Assembly: GCA_005191425.1 (NCBI GenBank) | Contig: SUPR01000013.1 | Coordinates: 1-32,000, forward strand | Reading direction: 5' to 3' | Length of the DNA stretch: 32,000 nucleotides | Origin: Candidatus Helarchaeota ASGARD archaeon Hel_GB_B | GTDB taxonomy: Archaea > Asgardarchaeota > Lokiarchaeia > Helarchaeales > HEL-GB-B | Shown here: positions 17,409-26,582 of the stretch, in pieces | Position numbering within the stretch: position 1 is the first letter of the stretch | Layout of the letters: each line of letters begins with the position of its first letter | The notes under the pieces: generated by a model | The model's input: only the letters and a program-made list of their open reading frames with translations | Databases searched by the model: none | Told to the model about the DNA's origin: nothing | Made by a program: the position numbers and the translations under genes

Positions 17409-17846
17409 TTAATTGATATCATTAATAGGATCTCCAATCCAGAATTCTTTCCCAGACTCCAAAATTTCCTTTTTCCAAAATGGAGCTTCAGATTTATATC
17501 TATTAATTACACGTTCTAGCGTTTCAAAACATTCTTTCCTATGTTCCCCTAAAATGACAACATATACTAGATCTTCACCTTTTAAAAATTTTCCAATTAG
17601 ATGTACAATTTGAATATCAATGATACCATCTTTCTTTTCTTCATTTGCAATCTTTTTTAAGACTTTTTCAGCCATTTCTTTGTAAGAATCTATTTCTAAT
17701 TCTTTTACTATTTTATCGGCATTAATACTCCTGACAATTCCTGTAAAAGTAACTATTGCTCCTGCTTTATCTATCTCTGGATTAGACCTGGCATTTTTTA
17801 TCAAATCTTCTAAACAAATAGTTCCTTTTTTATAGACACCAATCAT
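17409..17846 (-). CDS. moaE: Molybdopterin synthase catalytic subunit
   Basis: GAIVTFTGIVR, GEHRKECF, KSEAPFWKKE motifs. Confidence 0.93.
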   Translation of the reverse strand: MIGVYKKGTICLEDLIKNARSNPEIDKAGAIVTFTGIVRSINADKIVKELEIDSYKEMAEKVLKKIANEEKKDGIIDIQIVHLIGKFLKGEDLVYVVILGEHRKECFETLERVINRYKSEAPFWKKEILESGKEFWIGDPINDIN

Positions 17847-17962
17847 TAATTTAACATTAATATTATAAAATTTTAAATTTAATGTGAATTTTCATTTAAT
17901 TAGAAAAAATTAATAAAATATCTTTTAATGGATTACTATAATAATTCAATTAGTGAAGCATA

Positions 17963-18346
17963 TTGTTTGAAGAAAATCTGGTATTGACTTCCTCAACTAT
18001 GAACAAAATTACTATAGAGCAATTTTTAGAATATTTAAATGAGTATAAATGGGAAAAAATAAAAATTGAGATCTGTGGGATGCCTAGAAAAGATTTAAAA
18101 AGTCAACCCATCTTAATTTTAGACAATTTACCCAATCCCCCATATAATATAATCAAAAATCTTAAAACTCCCATTGAATCTATTTCCATTTCGGGGATAA
18201 TTAATAATTGTAAATTTGAACTAACTGGCCTAATTGAAGATAATTTATTAAGATGGATTGAATTTGGTATTCAATCTCAGAATAAAAAAGATATTGAACC
18301 TTTTTTTATGAAAATTACAAAAATTCTTAAAAAGGTAATTGATTAA
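17963..18346 (+). CDS. Hypothetical protein
   Basis: 127-codon ORF filling the gap upstream of the DHH gene; no motif recognised. Confidence 0.65.
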   Translation: MFEENLVLTSSTMNKITIEQFLEYLNEYKWEKIKIEICGMPRKDLKSQPILILDNLPNPPYNIIKNLKTPIESISISGIINNCKFELTGLIEDNLLRWIEFGIQSQNKKDIEPFFMKITKILKKVID

Positions 18347-18376
18347 TTAATTAAAACATAAAACTGAGGCAATTAT

Positions 18377-19414
18377 TTGATCATAACCCATGCTGATGCT
18401 GATGGTTGGTGTAGTGTCGGAATATTTTTACTTACTGAAAAAAGTAAAAAGTTAGGCGAAACTTTAGAAACTACACGATATTCGACAGTTAGATATATTA
18501 ATATTTTATTATATCAGATAATAAAAAGAGAAGATCCATGTAATTTGTTTATTTTTGATTTAAATGCAGATGATACCGAAAAATATAAAGATTTATTGAT
18601 TAAACTTGCAAAAAAAGGATTTCAAATCACTTTAATAGACCATCATATGATCCATGAATCTTTTGATAAAAAACTAATACAGAATAATATTAAGGTAATT
18701 AGAGACACTTCAGTGTGTTGTAGCGAACTTGTTTATAGAGAATATAAAAATTATATTGCAATTAAAGACCGCGATAAAGCTGAATTTCTAATGTGTCTTG
18801 GCGCTGTTGCAGACCGTAGAATAAGCCCTAATATTTACGAACGCCTGCTAAAATTCAGATGGGAAAAATCTTTTGATCTATACGCAATCAATCTTGCAGG
18901 TATAAAAAATGGCTATGACTTTTTAGAGTGTATTCTTTTCGAAAAAGAAAAAAAGATGCATAAAATTTACAACCGAGCTGGAAGAAGACGAATATTCCTA
19001 GATAAAATTAAAAAAGAAGTTTTAGAAAATATGGAAATAGTCGATAAAAAAATTAGCATTCTACATATATTTAAAAAATATATTGGTCTCGCTGCAGGAA
19101 TAATGGTCGATATACCCGATATAGATTATGCTATAGCTATAGGTGATAGACCAAGTCCTACTGCTATTACACGAATCTTTTTATTTCTTAAATCTATTAT
19201 TGGAATTTTTGTAAAAAGGTCCAGAAAAAAAGATAAATTAATGGTACGAATTAGTATTCGGAGCAATAAACCAATCCATAATATTATTACCAAAATCTCT
19301 AAAACATGTGAAGGTTTTGGCGGAGGCCATAAATATGCATGTGGTGCAAGAATTCCTAAAGATAAATTGCCTCTTTTTATTAAGTTATTCATTAAAGAGG
19401 TATCTTCCAATTAA
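18377..19414 (+). CDS. DHH/DHHA1 family phosphoesterase
   Basis: THADADG, IDHH, GAVAD, GGGHKYACG. Confidence 0.9.
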   Translation: MIITHADADGWCSVGIFLLTEKSKKLGETLETTRYSTVRYINILLYQIIKREDPCNLFIFDLNADDTEKYKDLLIKLAKKGFQITLIDHHMIHESFDKKLIQNNIKVIRDTSVCCSELVYREYKNYIAIKDRDKAEFLMCLGAVADRRISPNIYERLLKFRWEKSFDLYAINLAGIKNGYDFLECILFEKEKKMHKIYNRAGRRRIFLDKIKKEVLENMEIVDKKISILHIFKKYIGLAAGIMVDIPDIDYAIAIGDRPSPTAITRIFLFLKSIIGIFVKRSRKKDKLMVRISIRSNKPIHNIITKISKTCEGFGGGHKYACGARIPKDKLPLFIKLFIKEVSSN

Positions 19415-20035
19415 TCAAATTTTCAATTTCTTTGACAAATAATAAGGTACTGAATCACTTAATATTTCCTTATTTGGAATTTGTAGAATTTCTAACCTAT
19501 TTTTAAAAATGTTCGATATTTCTTCATAAGTATCTGCCCAAACTTCTAATTCAGCTAAAAAAATAACTTTTTTATCGTATGTTTTTTCTGCTCTCCAATA
19601 TGTGATCTCTTCCAAGGCAATAATAAATTCATTACAATCTGGTGTTTTTGGAATTTTATATAAATAACCTTTCGATTTTTCTATTGTAAAAGAGTGTTTA
19701 AATCCTAAATCTTTTAATATATTTTCTGCATAAATGCGATTTCCAGTGTATAAATTTAATTTTCCACCAGGGTATACTGATTGTTTAAATTGAAATTTTT
19801 TATATTTGTGGATTTTTATATGTGAAAAGAGTATTTTACTTTCGTTTTTGCCTATATATTCTCGAATTCGCATACATTTTGTTTTTAGATCCCAATTTAT
19901 CTCTTTAATAGGTAAAAAAATATAATCAATAAAGCTGTATTTTTCTATTATTTCCCCGTTTAGATTGTATAATTTTTTTTCAAAATGTAAAAAATCTTTT
20001 ATTTTGATGCGAATTTCTGATTCAAATTGTTTCAT
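19415..20035 (-). CDS. CYTH (triphosphate tunnel) domain protein
   Basis: N-terminal ESEIRIK (ExExK-like), MRIRE, and C-terminal AELEV. The stop abuts the convergent DHH stop with no gap. Confidence 0.8.
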   Translation of the reverse strand: MKQFESEIRIKIKDFLHFEKKLYNLNGEIIEKYSFIDYIFLPIKEINWDLKTKCMRIREYIGKNESKILFSHIKIHKYKKFQFKQSVYPGGKLNLYTGNRIYAENILKDLGFKHSFTIEKSKGYLYKIPKTPDCNEFIIALEEITYWRAEKTYDKKVIFLAELEVWADTYEEISNIFKNRLEILQIPNKEILSDSVPYYLSKKLKI

Positions 20036-20054
20036 ATATTATCATAGTATCTTT

Positions 20055-21329
20055 TTATTTTTTATAAAGTTCTCCCCATAAATCTATAGCAATTTTTAAT
20101 TCTTTGTGAGTTTTAGCATAGTCATTTAGTTTAATTCCTTGGATAGTGGCTGATACTGCTTGTACCATTGCTCTTGCTCCAGCTTCAGTACCATCTGGGT
20201 GTCCGTGGACACCACCTCCAGCTTGAATGACAATATCTTTTCCTAGTAGTTCAATATTTCTTTGGACAATTCCTGGGTGAATCCCACCTGATGCTACTGG
20301 AAAAGTCTTTTTAAGATTGTACCAATCACTCCGCAAAAATTTATAAATCTCTTGAATTTCTGGAAGTTCATCTACATCTCCCATTTTACCCGCACCTGTT
20401 CCACTGTGTAATTGGTCTCCTCCTACCAGCCTTACTAGCTTTGCAATTACAAGCATAGAAATTCCATAGCTCCTTGCCCTTGTTATTGCTCCGTGCATGG
20501 TCCTATGAATATGTATTGGTAATTTAATTGATTCATCTTCTGCTATTATTTTTACAGCACTAAAACCGCAAGTTAGAACGTCAATCATTAAACAATTTGC
20601 GCCATTATCCTTTGCAAAATCTGCTAAATCAAGTAACTTATCATAATCAGATGAAATATTTACTGCATATAAAACAGTTTTACCGGATTCTTCTTTAAAA
20701 GTATCTAGTTTTTCCATTACACTAGTTAATCTTTGTTCAAAAGGACAGAAATTTTGATTTGTCAATGTTTCATCGTCTTTTATTAAATCAAGTCCGCCTT
20801 TAGCTGCTCTATAAGCTATTAATGCTGTTTGTTTTGGATTTAGACCAACTTTTGGTTTAATAATAGTACCAATATGGGGCCTTTTACTATCTTGGGTTCC
20901 GCAAATCTTTCTAATTCCTTCTATTCCAAATTTAGGGCCCGGAAAATATCTTACATATTTTTCAGGAAAATTGACATCTACAAGTCTTACCTTTTTTAGT
21001 TCAGTTAGTCCAAATAAATTTCCTGCAATTATGCTTAATAAATTAGGTATACTGCCTGTTTCAATGTCAAATAGATCTACTGGGTAAGCTATAGCAATCA
21101 TCCCAGAATTTGTACCAGAAAACTCGAAAGCTTTACCGGCTAAATCTTCTCTCATAAATTCAATATCATGCTCTAACTTTGCCCATGTCCCTATCGATTC
21201 TTCTGCTGCAATAATTTTACCTACTTTTTGTAATGATAGTTTTGATTCAACAATATATTTTGCAATAATATTATCTTTAGGGTCAATATCCTCTGGATTA
21301 GAAAAATAAATTGAATCGTCATAACTCAT
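20055..21329 (-). CDS. rbcL: RuBisCO large subunit, archaeal form III-type
   Basis: Catalytic set intact: AAEESIGTW, GNLFG, IIKPK, IKDDE, HIHR, LHSGT..GKM, ASGG, QAGGG; adjacent to R15P isomerase. Confidence 0.92.
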   Translation of the reverse strand: MSYDDSIYFSNPEDIDPKDNIIAKYIVESKLSLQKVGKIIAAEESIGTWAKLEHDIEFMREDLAGKAFEFSGTNSGMIAIAYPVDLFDIETGSIPNLLSIIAGNLFGLTELKKVRLVDVNFPEKYVRYFPGPKFGIEGIRKICGTQDSKRPHIGTIIKPKVGLNPKQTALIAYRAAKGGLDLIKDDETLTNQNFCPFEQRLTSVMEKLDTFKEESGKTVLYAVNISSDYDKLLDLADFAKDNGANCLMIDVLTCGFSAVKIIAEDESIKLPIHIHRTMHGAITRARSYGISMLVIAKLVRLVGGDQLHSGTGAGKMGDVDELPEIQEIYKFLRSDWYNLKKTFPVASGGIHPGIVQRNIELLGKDIVIQAGGGVHGHPDGTEAGARAMVQAVSATIQGIKLNDYAKTHKELKIAIDLWGELYKK

Positions 21330-21336
21330 TTATTAA

Positions 21337-22305
21337 TCACTCCAATTTACGTAACTTTTTTATAATATTTGAAATGTGATTCTCATAAATATGAAAAATC
21401 AAAGTGGGTGGAAAAACTCCTACATTAGTTATCAAACCATCAATATATTCCCTAGAAATAGTTTCAAAAGCTGGATTTAAAATTGTTAAATTCTTATCAT
21501 TAGGACGGTCATGCCATATTTCATCAGGACTTCTTTTTTCAATTTCTATAAGATAACCTAATGACGTATTTGGGGCATATTTAATTAATGGGGTTGCAAC
21601 ATAAAATGGGACGTCCATTTCATGAGCTGCAAGTGCCAACAATCTAGAACCTATCTTGTTAACAATAGTACCTTCTGAAGTTATAGAATCACAACCTGTT
21701 ATAATTAAATCCACTGTTTTATGCTTTAAAATCCATCTCATGGCTGAATCAACAATTAATGTCGTTGGGATTCCATTTTCAAGTAGTTCACTTACTGTAA
21801 TTTTACCCTGATATTTTGGTCGCGTCTCTGTGCATATAACTTGAAAATCTTTGCCCATTTTTTTTGCTGTACTGAAAATATTTGATACAACTGATGAATG
21901 ACAGTGCGTCATAATAGTACTACCATCTTCAATTCTTCTTGCACCTATTTCACCAATGACTTCTTTAGCTTCCTTAATCATTTGAATATAATATGAACTT
22001 ACAATTTGGATTCTATGTTTTACCGAATTAACGACATTTTTTTCATCAAGATTTTCAATATTTAAACCTTGAATGACATGCCTTAGTCCATTTACTAATC
22101 CTGGTTCCGTAGGTCTAGCATTGCTCAGTAATGACTGTGCTTTTTCAATTTCTTTTTTTAATGTTTTTAAATTATCAATACTGACAGATTGAATATAATC
22201 AGAAAAAGCTTTAATTCCAGTCATAGCAATATTTGTAGCCCCTTGGATTTTGATTTTATGGATATCATCAACAACTCTTTTTAAATCTTCCATTTTTCTT
22301 CCCAT
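21337..22305 (-). CDS. e2b2: Ribose-1,5-bisphosphate isomerase (eIF2B-alpha-like)
   Basis: IQGATNIA, RPTEP, THCHS, ETRPKYQG, GCDSIT, NKIGS, NPAFE; 7 nt upstream of rbcL. Confidence 0.9.
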   Translation of the reverse strand: MGRKMEDLKRVVDDIHKIKIQGATNIAMTGIKAFSDYIQSVSIDNLKTLKKEIEKAQSLLSNARPTEPGLVNGLRHVIQGLNIENLDEKNVVNSVKHRIQIVSSYYIQMIKEAKEVIGEIGARRIEDGSTIMTHCHSSVVSNIFSTAKKMGKDFQVICTETRPKYQGKITVSELLENGIPTTLIVDSAMRWILKHKTVDLIITGCDSITSEGTIVNKIGSRLLALAAHEMDVPFYVATPLIKYAPNTSLGYLIEIEKRSPDEIWHDRPNDKNLTILNPAFETISREYIDGLITNVGVFPPTLIFHIYENHISNIIKKLRKLE

Positions 22306-22351
22306 TTTTTAATATATTTTTATATTTAAGAGAAACTGTTTTTTCCAATTT

Positions 22352-23122
22352 TTAAAAAGGTATTTTAATTAATAAAAATGAAGGCAATCCAAGATTAATA
22401 AATATTATTGAAATAATCATTATAAATGTCAGAAGAATTATTATCGAATAGTCCTTCCAATTCATATTTAATTTATATAGATAAGTCCGTTTCTTAATTA
22501 TTCCAAAGCCCCTTGATTCAAGGCTTTCTGCAATTAGGATTGCCCTTCTTATTGATAATACAATCATAGGTATAATTATTGGGATAAAGTTCTTAACTCG
22601 CTTTATAATATTCCCTTTTTGCAGCTCTAGGCCTCTACTCATTTGTGCGTCCATAATTGTTTGTGTTTCAATCCCAAGAGTTGGAATAAATCTAACAGAT
22701 AAACTTAATGCAAAAGCAAAAGAATAAGGGACATACATTTGTATTAGTGCTTGTGAAAAATCGTCAGGATGTGTTGTCAAGAAAAATAACGAAAATGACG
22801 TTATCAAATTAAATAACCTAAATATCATTGAAATTGCAACAGAAAATGAGATAAATAATGTATCTATTATTATTATTATCAATAATAAAATAAATAAACC
22901 TTGCAGAGTTTTTATCCAATGCTTTAATGATTTTGCTACAATGAAAATTGGGATCATTGACACAAAAATGATTAATAAAGGAATAATATCTGTAAATATT
23001 AACGACAAAATTGAAATAGTTATAGCAAAATATAATTTTGTACGGGGGTCTAAATTATGAATAAAAGTATTTTTTCTTTTAAATTTGAAAATGTCTAATA
23101 GGTTTATAGTATTTTGCGACAA
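22352..23122 (-). CDS. ecfT: ECF transporter transmembrane T component
   Basis: LDPRTK, multiple TM helices, RFIPTL, AQMSRG, ESLESRGF. Confidence 0.93.
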   Translation of the reverse strand: MSQNTINLLDIFKFKRKNTFIHNLDPRTKLYFAITISILSLIFTDIIPLLIIFVSMIPIFIVAKSLKHWIKTLQGLFILLLIIIIIDTLFISFSVAISMIFRLFNLITSFSLFFLTTHPDDFSQALIQMYVPYSFAFALSLSVRFIPTLGIETQTIMDAQMSRGLELQKGNIIKRVKNFIPIIIPMIVLSIRRAILIAESLESRGFGIIKKRTYLYKLNMNWKDYSIIILLTFIMIISIIFINLGLPSFLLIKIPF

Positions 23123-23136
23123 TTAACAACTACTTC

Positions 23137-23958
23137 CTATATATATCTTCTTAATTCATTATAATAATTTAAAATATCTGTCTGATCACCATTGAAATCT
23201 TTAAATTTATCGCTTGATTTCAAAATCTTTGTCAAAACAGACAATTGAGGTAAGATTAAATTTGTTCGTTCTAAAATAAATTCATTATTGGTGATTATAT
23301 TGCTTGGTCCATCAGCTATTATCCGACCATTTCCCATAACAATAATTCTGGGGATATATTCAGAAGCAAATTCAATATCGTGCGTAATTATTATGATCGT
23401 TTTACCTTGATCTCTTAAATCATCAATTAAGTTAATCAAATATTTTTTTTGCTGTGAATCTTGACCAATAGTTGGCTCATCAAGAATTAGAATATCTGGG
23501 TTCAAGCATAAAACAGAAGCAAGAGCAACTCGCTTTTTTTCACCACCACTTAAATCAAAAGGTATGGTATTTCTATATTGAAACAAATTTAAATTTTTCA
23601 AAATTTCTTCAGTTCTTTTATGTATTTCCTCTTTTGTAAAATTAAAATTTTTTAACCCAAATTTCACCTCTTCTTCAACTGATTGAGCAAAAATTTGATG
23701 GTCCGAATTTTGAAAAACAAACCCAATTTTTTTAGATAATTGAGCTACAGAATATTTTGATATATCTTCACCATCTATTAATATCTTTCCTGATTGTGGT
23801 CTTAATAGTCCATTCATACATTTAGCTAAAGTAGTTTTTCCAGCACCATTTTCCCCCAAAATACCTACAAACTCTTTTGAATTAATGCGCAGATTTATAT
23901 TTTTTAATGCGATATTTTTATTAGGATAATAAAACGACACGTCATATATTTCTATCAA
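23137..23958 (-). CDS. ecfA: ECF transporter ATPase
   Basis: GENGAGKT, FQNSDHQIF, LSGGEKKR, LDEPT, THD. Confidence 0.93.
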   Translation of the reverse strand: MIEIYDVSFYYPNKNIALKNINLRINSKEFVGILGENGAGKTTLAKCMNGLLRPQSGKILIDGEDISKYSVAQLSKKIGFVFQNSDHQIFAQSVEEEVKFGLKNFNFTKEEIHKRTEEILKNLNLFQYRNTIPFDLSGGEKKRVALASVLCLNPDILILDEPTIGQDSQQKKYLINLIDDLRDQGKTIIIITHDIEFASEYIPRIIVMGNGRIIADGPSNIITNNEFILERTNLILPQLSVLTKILKSSDKFKDFNGDQTDILNYYNELRRYI

Positions 23959-23963
23959 AATTA

Positions 23964-24809
23964 TTAACCCCCTAATTTTAATAGATAATTTGCAAGGTCT
24001 TCAGGAGTTAAAGGTATATTTTCTAAATTATATCCATCTTTTTTTAAAAGTTTATATAATATCACTGATTTTGGAATTCTCAGACCAATTTTTTCAAGGA
24101 TATCTTCGATTATTATCTCTTCTGTTTTTCCTTTACTAATTATTTTTCCATCGTTCATTACTATAATTTTTGTAGCATATCTCAAGACCATTTCTAATCG
24201 GTGCTCAATTAATATAATTGTTTTTTTATATCTTTTATTTAAATCGCTTATTAATGCCAAAATTTTCATGGCTCCAACGGGGTCCAAATTTGACGTGGGT
24301 TCATCGAAAATAATTATCTCCGGGTCTAATGTAAGTATTGAGGCAATAGCAACTTTTTGTTGTTGCCCTCCTGAAAGGTCATAGGGTGCTTTATATCGTA
24401 TATTTTCTATATTCATAATCTTTAACACATCATTTACTCGAGCTTTAATCTCTATTGGATTAATTCCAAAGTTCTCAAGTGCAAAACTAAGTTCTTTTTC
24501 GACATTCATTGAGACAAGTTGGTTCTCTGGATTTTGAAAAAGTAGCCCCACATATTTACTAAATTCGTGTACTGGATAATCTCTAGTATCTTTATCCCCT
24601 ATTATTACATGCCCCTCAAAGATCCCTGAATGAAAATGTGGTATTAATCCATTTAAACATTCAATTAAAGTAGTTTTTCCACACCCTGTTGGACCGCATA
24701 ATAAAATAAATTCACCTCTATTAATTTTTAAATTGATATCTTTTAAAATCATTTTTGTTGGATTAGATGAATATGCAAAACTTAAATTTTTGATGTTAAT
24801 AATTTCCAT
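23964..24809 (-). CDS. ecfA: ECF transporter ATPase
   Basis: GPTGCGKT, FQNPENQ, LSGGQQQK, FDEPT, EHR. Confidence 0.93.
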   Translation of the reverse strand: MEIINIKNLSFAYSSNPTKMILKDINLKINRGEFILLCGPTGCGKTTLIECLNGLIPHFHSGIFEGHVIIGDKDTRDYPVHEFSKYVGLLFQNPENQLVSMNVEKELSFALENFGINPIEIKARVNDVLKIMNIENIRYKAPYDLSGGQQQKVAIASILTLDPEIIIFDEPTSNLDPVGAMKILALISDLNKRYKKTIILIEHRLEMVLRYATKIIVMNDGKIISKGKTEEIIIEDILEKIGLRIPKSVILYKLLKKDGYNLENIPLTPEDLANYLLKLGG

Positions 24810-24830
24810 GATAGACTCCTACAATTGAAA

Positions 24831-25835
24831 TTAAAATTTATTTTTTAATTTATCTTTAATTAATTCGACAATTGTCTTTATTATATTTTTATCTGTTATA
24901 TTCCCATTTATTCCGGCTGCAGATGAATGTCCTCCACCAGTTAAATTGTTACCATTTGATTCTGAAAACATTTTCGCTATTTCATTACTAATATCACTCA
25001 TTGAAATATTTGTTTTTTCATAAAATTGTTGTGTTGATCTTAAACTTATTCTTAATTCATTATTTTTAATAGATCTTACAATTGCAACGTCTGCTCCCAT
25101 TACTATCAGACCTCGACATGCACTAGCCTCATAAGAGCTTACTTCTGAAGTGGCTAAAACCCAATTTTCAATTGTATATATTTTCGCTCGATTTCCTGCC
25201 TTTAATCTTGCAATTTTTTCAGAATATTCCATAGGATATCTTAATAACTTTGATACTTCTTTATAATCAATACCTAACGATAAAATTTTATTAATTATAT
25301 AAAATGTATTATTGGTCGCTATAATAAAATGTTTGGTATCATATATAATTCCTAATAATAAAATTTTTCCTTCCAATATACCCAATTCTAAGTTTAAGGA
25401 TTCAAATACTTCAAAAATTATTTCTGAAGTTGAGCAATAATCTTCCTTTATTATAGAAAATATCGGTAAATAATCTTTATTTTGCATAAATGCGTGATGG
25501 TCGATAATAATAAATGGGGTCTTGTTTATTATAAAATCTTTTACATTACCTATTATTTCTATATTACTTACGTCCACTAATATAATTAAATCTGGTTTAA
25601 TATTTGATATACTATTAATAAAATTATCTTTAAGATTAAAAAATTCGATTATTTTTTTTGTAATTAAGGTGAAATTGTCCGAATATATTTTTATTTTTGA
25701 TTTAATTCCAAATTTTTTAAGCAGAAAACTTAGTGCTATAGCGCTACTTAAGCCATCTGGGTCCATATTAATGTGACTACTTATTAAAATGGACTTAGGA
25801 TCTATGCTATTTATGTATTCAAATAAATTATTCAT
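24831..25835 (-). CDS. DHH/DHHA1 phosphoesterase, NrnA-like (nanoRNase / pAp phosphatase)
   Basis: SHINMDPDGLSS, IDHH, GIIYDT, GGGHSSAAG. Start moved to the ATG at 25835 because the ORF-track start (25889) lies inside the tRNA-Leu gene; GGTG precedes this ATG. Confidence 0.88.
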   Translation of the reverse strand: MNNLFEYINSIDPKSILISSHINMDPDGLSSAIALSFLLKKFGIKSKIKIYSDNFTLITKKIIEFFNLKDNFINSISNIKPDLIILVDVSNIEIIGNVKDFIINKTPFIIIDHHAFMQNKDYLPIFSIIKEDYCSTSEIIFEVFESLNLELGILEGKILLLGIIYDTKHFIIATNNTFYIINKILSLGIDYKEVSKLLRYPMEYSEKIARLKAGNRAKIYTIENWVLATSEVSSYEASACRGLIVMGADVAIVRSIKNNELRISLRSTQQFYEKTNISMSDISNEIAKMFSESNGNNLTGGGHSSAAGINGNITDKNIIKTIVELIKDKLKNKF

Positions 25836-25875
25836 AAAATGGACACCAAAAATAAAATAAGTGCAGGGAATGGGA

Positions 25876-25901
25876 TTTTCGATTTCCAATTTTAGGAAAT
25901 T
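25876..25901 (-). other. tRNA intron at position 59/60 in the T loop (26 nt)
   Basis: Perfect BHB: TTCG/CGAA helix, bulges AAA and AAT, inner stem ATTTCC/GGAAAT; splicing restores TTCGAAT. Confidence 0.9.
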
Positions 25902-25932
25902 TTCGAACCCATGTACGTCTACACGACTGGAT

Positions 25933-25948
25933 ATCTTATTATTACTAT
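25933..25948 (-). other. tRNA intron at canonical position 37/38 (16 nt)
   Basis: ATAGTAATAATAAGAT; relaxed BHB (CTCA/TAAG with one C-A mismatch). The boundary could shift by 1 nt. Confidence 0.78.
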
Positions 25949-25953
25949 CTTGA

Positions 25954-25980
25954 GTCTGGATCTAATCTTTCGACTAGATA
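25954..25980 (-). other. tRNA intron at position 32/33 (27 nt)
   Basis: CTGG/CCAG 4-bp helix with two ACT bulges; inner stem ATCTAGTC-GAAA-GATTAGAT. Confidence 0.85.
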
Positions 25981-26447
25981 GTCCAGCGCCGTTGACCAGC
26001 TTGGCTATCCCTGCTTTTTATATACTATAAATGTTCTGATCTTTTAATTTGTTTACTTTCCAAATCTTTATTTACTATCATATTCGAATTTTAATATTCA
26101 ATCTTGGTCAAGAATGTTGTTAATTCTTGATAATTCATAAATTTTTTGGTTCTTTTTAATATTTACCAAAATTAATTGTAAATTAAAATTTATTAGCTTT
26201 TAGTAAATGATCAAAATTTTTAAAATGTCTAAGAAAATTTAAAGTATTTTTTATTCTATGGTATTAAACATGTATTTTTTAATCGTTATATTCTTTTAAA
26301 TAAAATATTAAGTCTTTAGGCTTATAGACTACCCTTTATTTTGAGCAATAGATTTAACGATAATTATAATAGTTTTATTGATTCTAATTAAAGCCTTTAA
26401 TATTAACTGAGTTCTAAATTATTATTTATATTCTTTTTTTTTTCAAA

Positions 26448-26526
26448 AATTTAAATTTGTGATAAAAAAAGATTTCTATTGGAAATGAATTTTTCCTAAA
26501 AATTTGTTATGTGTTTATTTTTAAAA
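26448..26526. repeat. ~78-bp intergenic repeat, copy 2 (copy 1 at 2953-3030)
   Basis: aatttaaatttgtgataaaaaaagatttctattggaaatgaatttttcctaaaaatttgttatgtgtttatttttaaaa; same orientation as copy 1. Confidence 0.9.
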
Positions 26527-26582
26527 AATTCTAAGAAATATTGTAATCATTTTAGAAAATAAGATAATATAGAAATTTTAAA

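Larger units (their letters stand above)
25862..26014 (-). tRNA. tRNA-Leu(CAA) with three introns
   Basis: Spliced 84 nt: acceptor GCAGGGA/TCCCTGC+A, D arm GCCAAGCTGGTCAACGGC, anticodon arm CTGGA-CT-CAA-GA-TCCAG, long variable arm CGT-GTAG-ACG, T arm ATGGG-TTCGAAT-CCCAT. Exons 25981-26014, 25949-25953, 25902-25932, 25862-25875. Confidence 0.93.

Noticed and set aside
20055-21329. RuBisCO-like protein (form IV)
   Set aside because: The catalytic residues that RLPs usually lose are present, and R15P isomerase is adjacent.
25836-25889. N-terminal extension of the NrnA-like ORF
   Set aside because: Overlaps the last exon and T-loop intron of tRNA-Leu; the ATG at 25835 has an upstream GGTG.
25862-26014. 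SRP RNA or other ncRNA for the GC-rich island
   Set aside because: Fully explained as an intron-containing tRNA-Leu.
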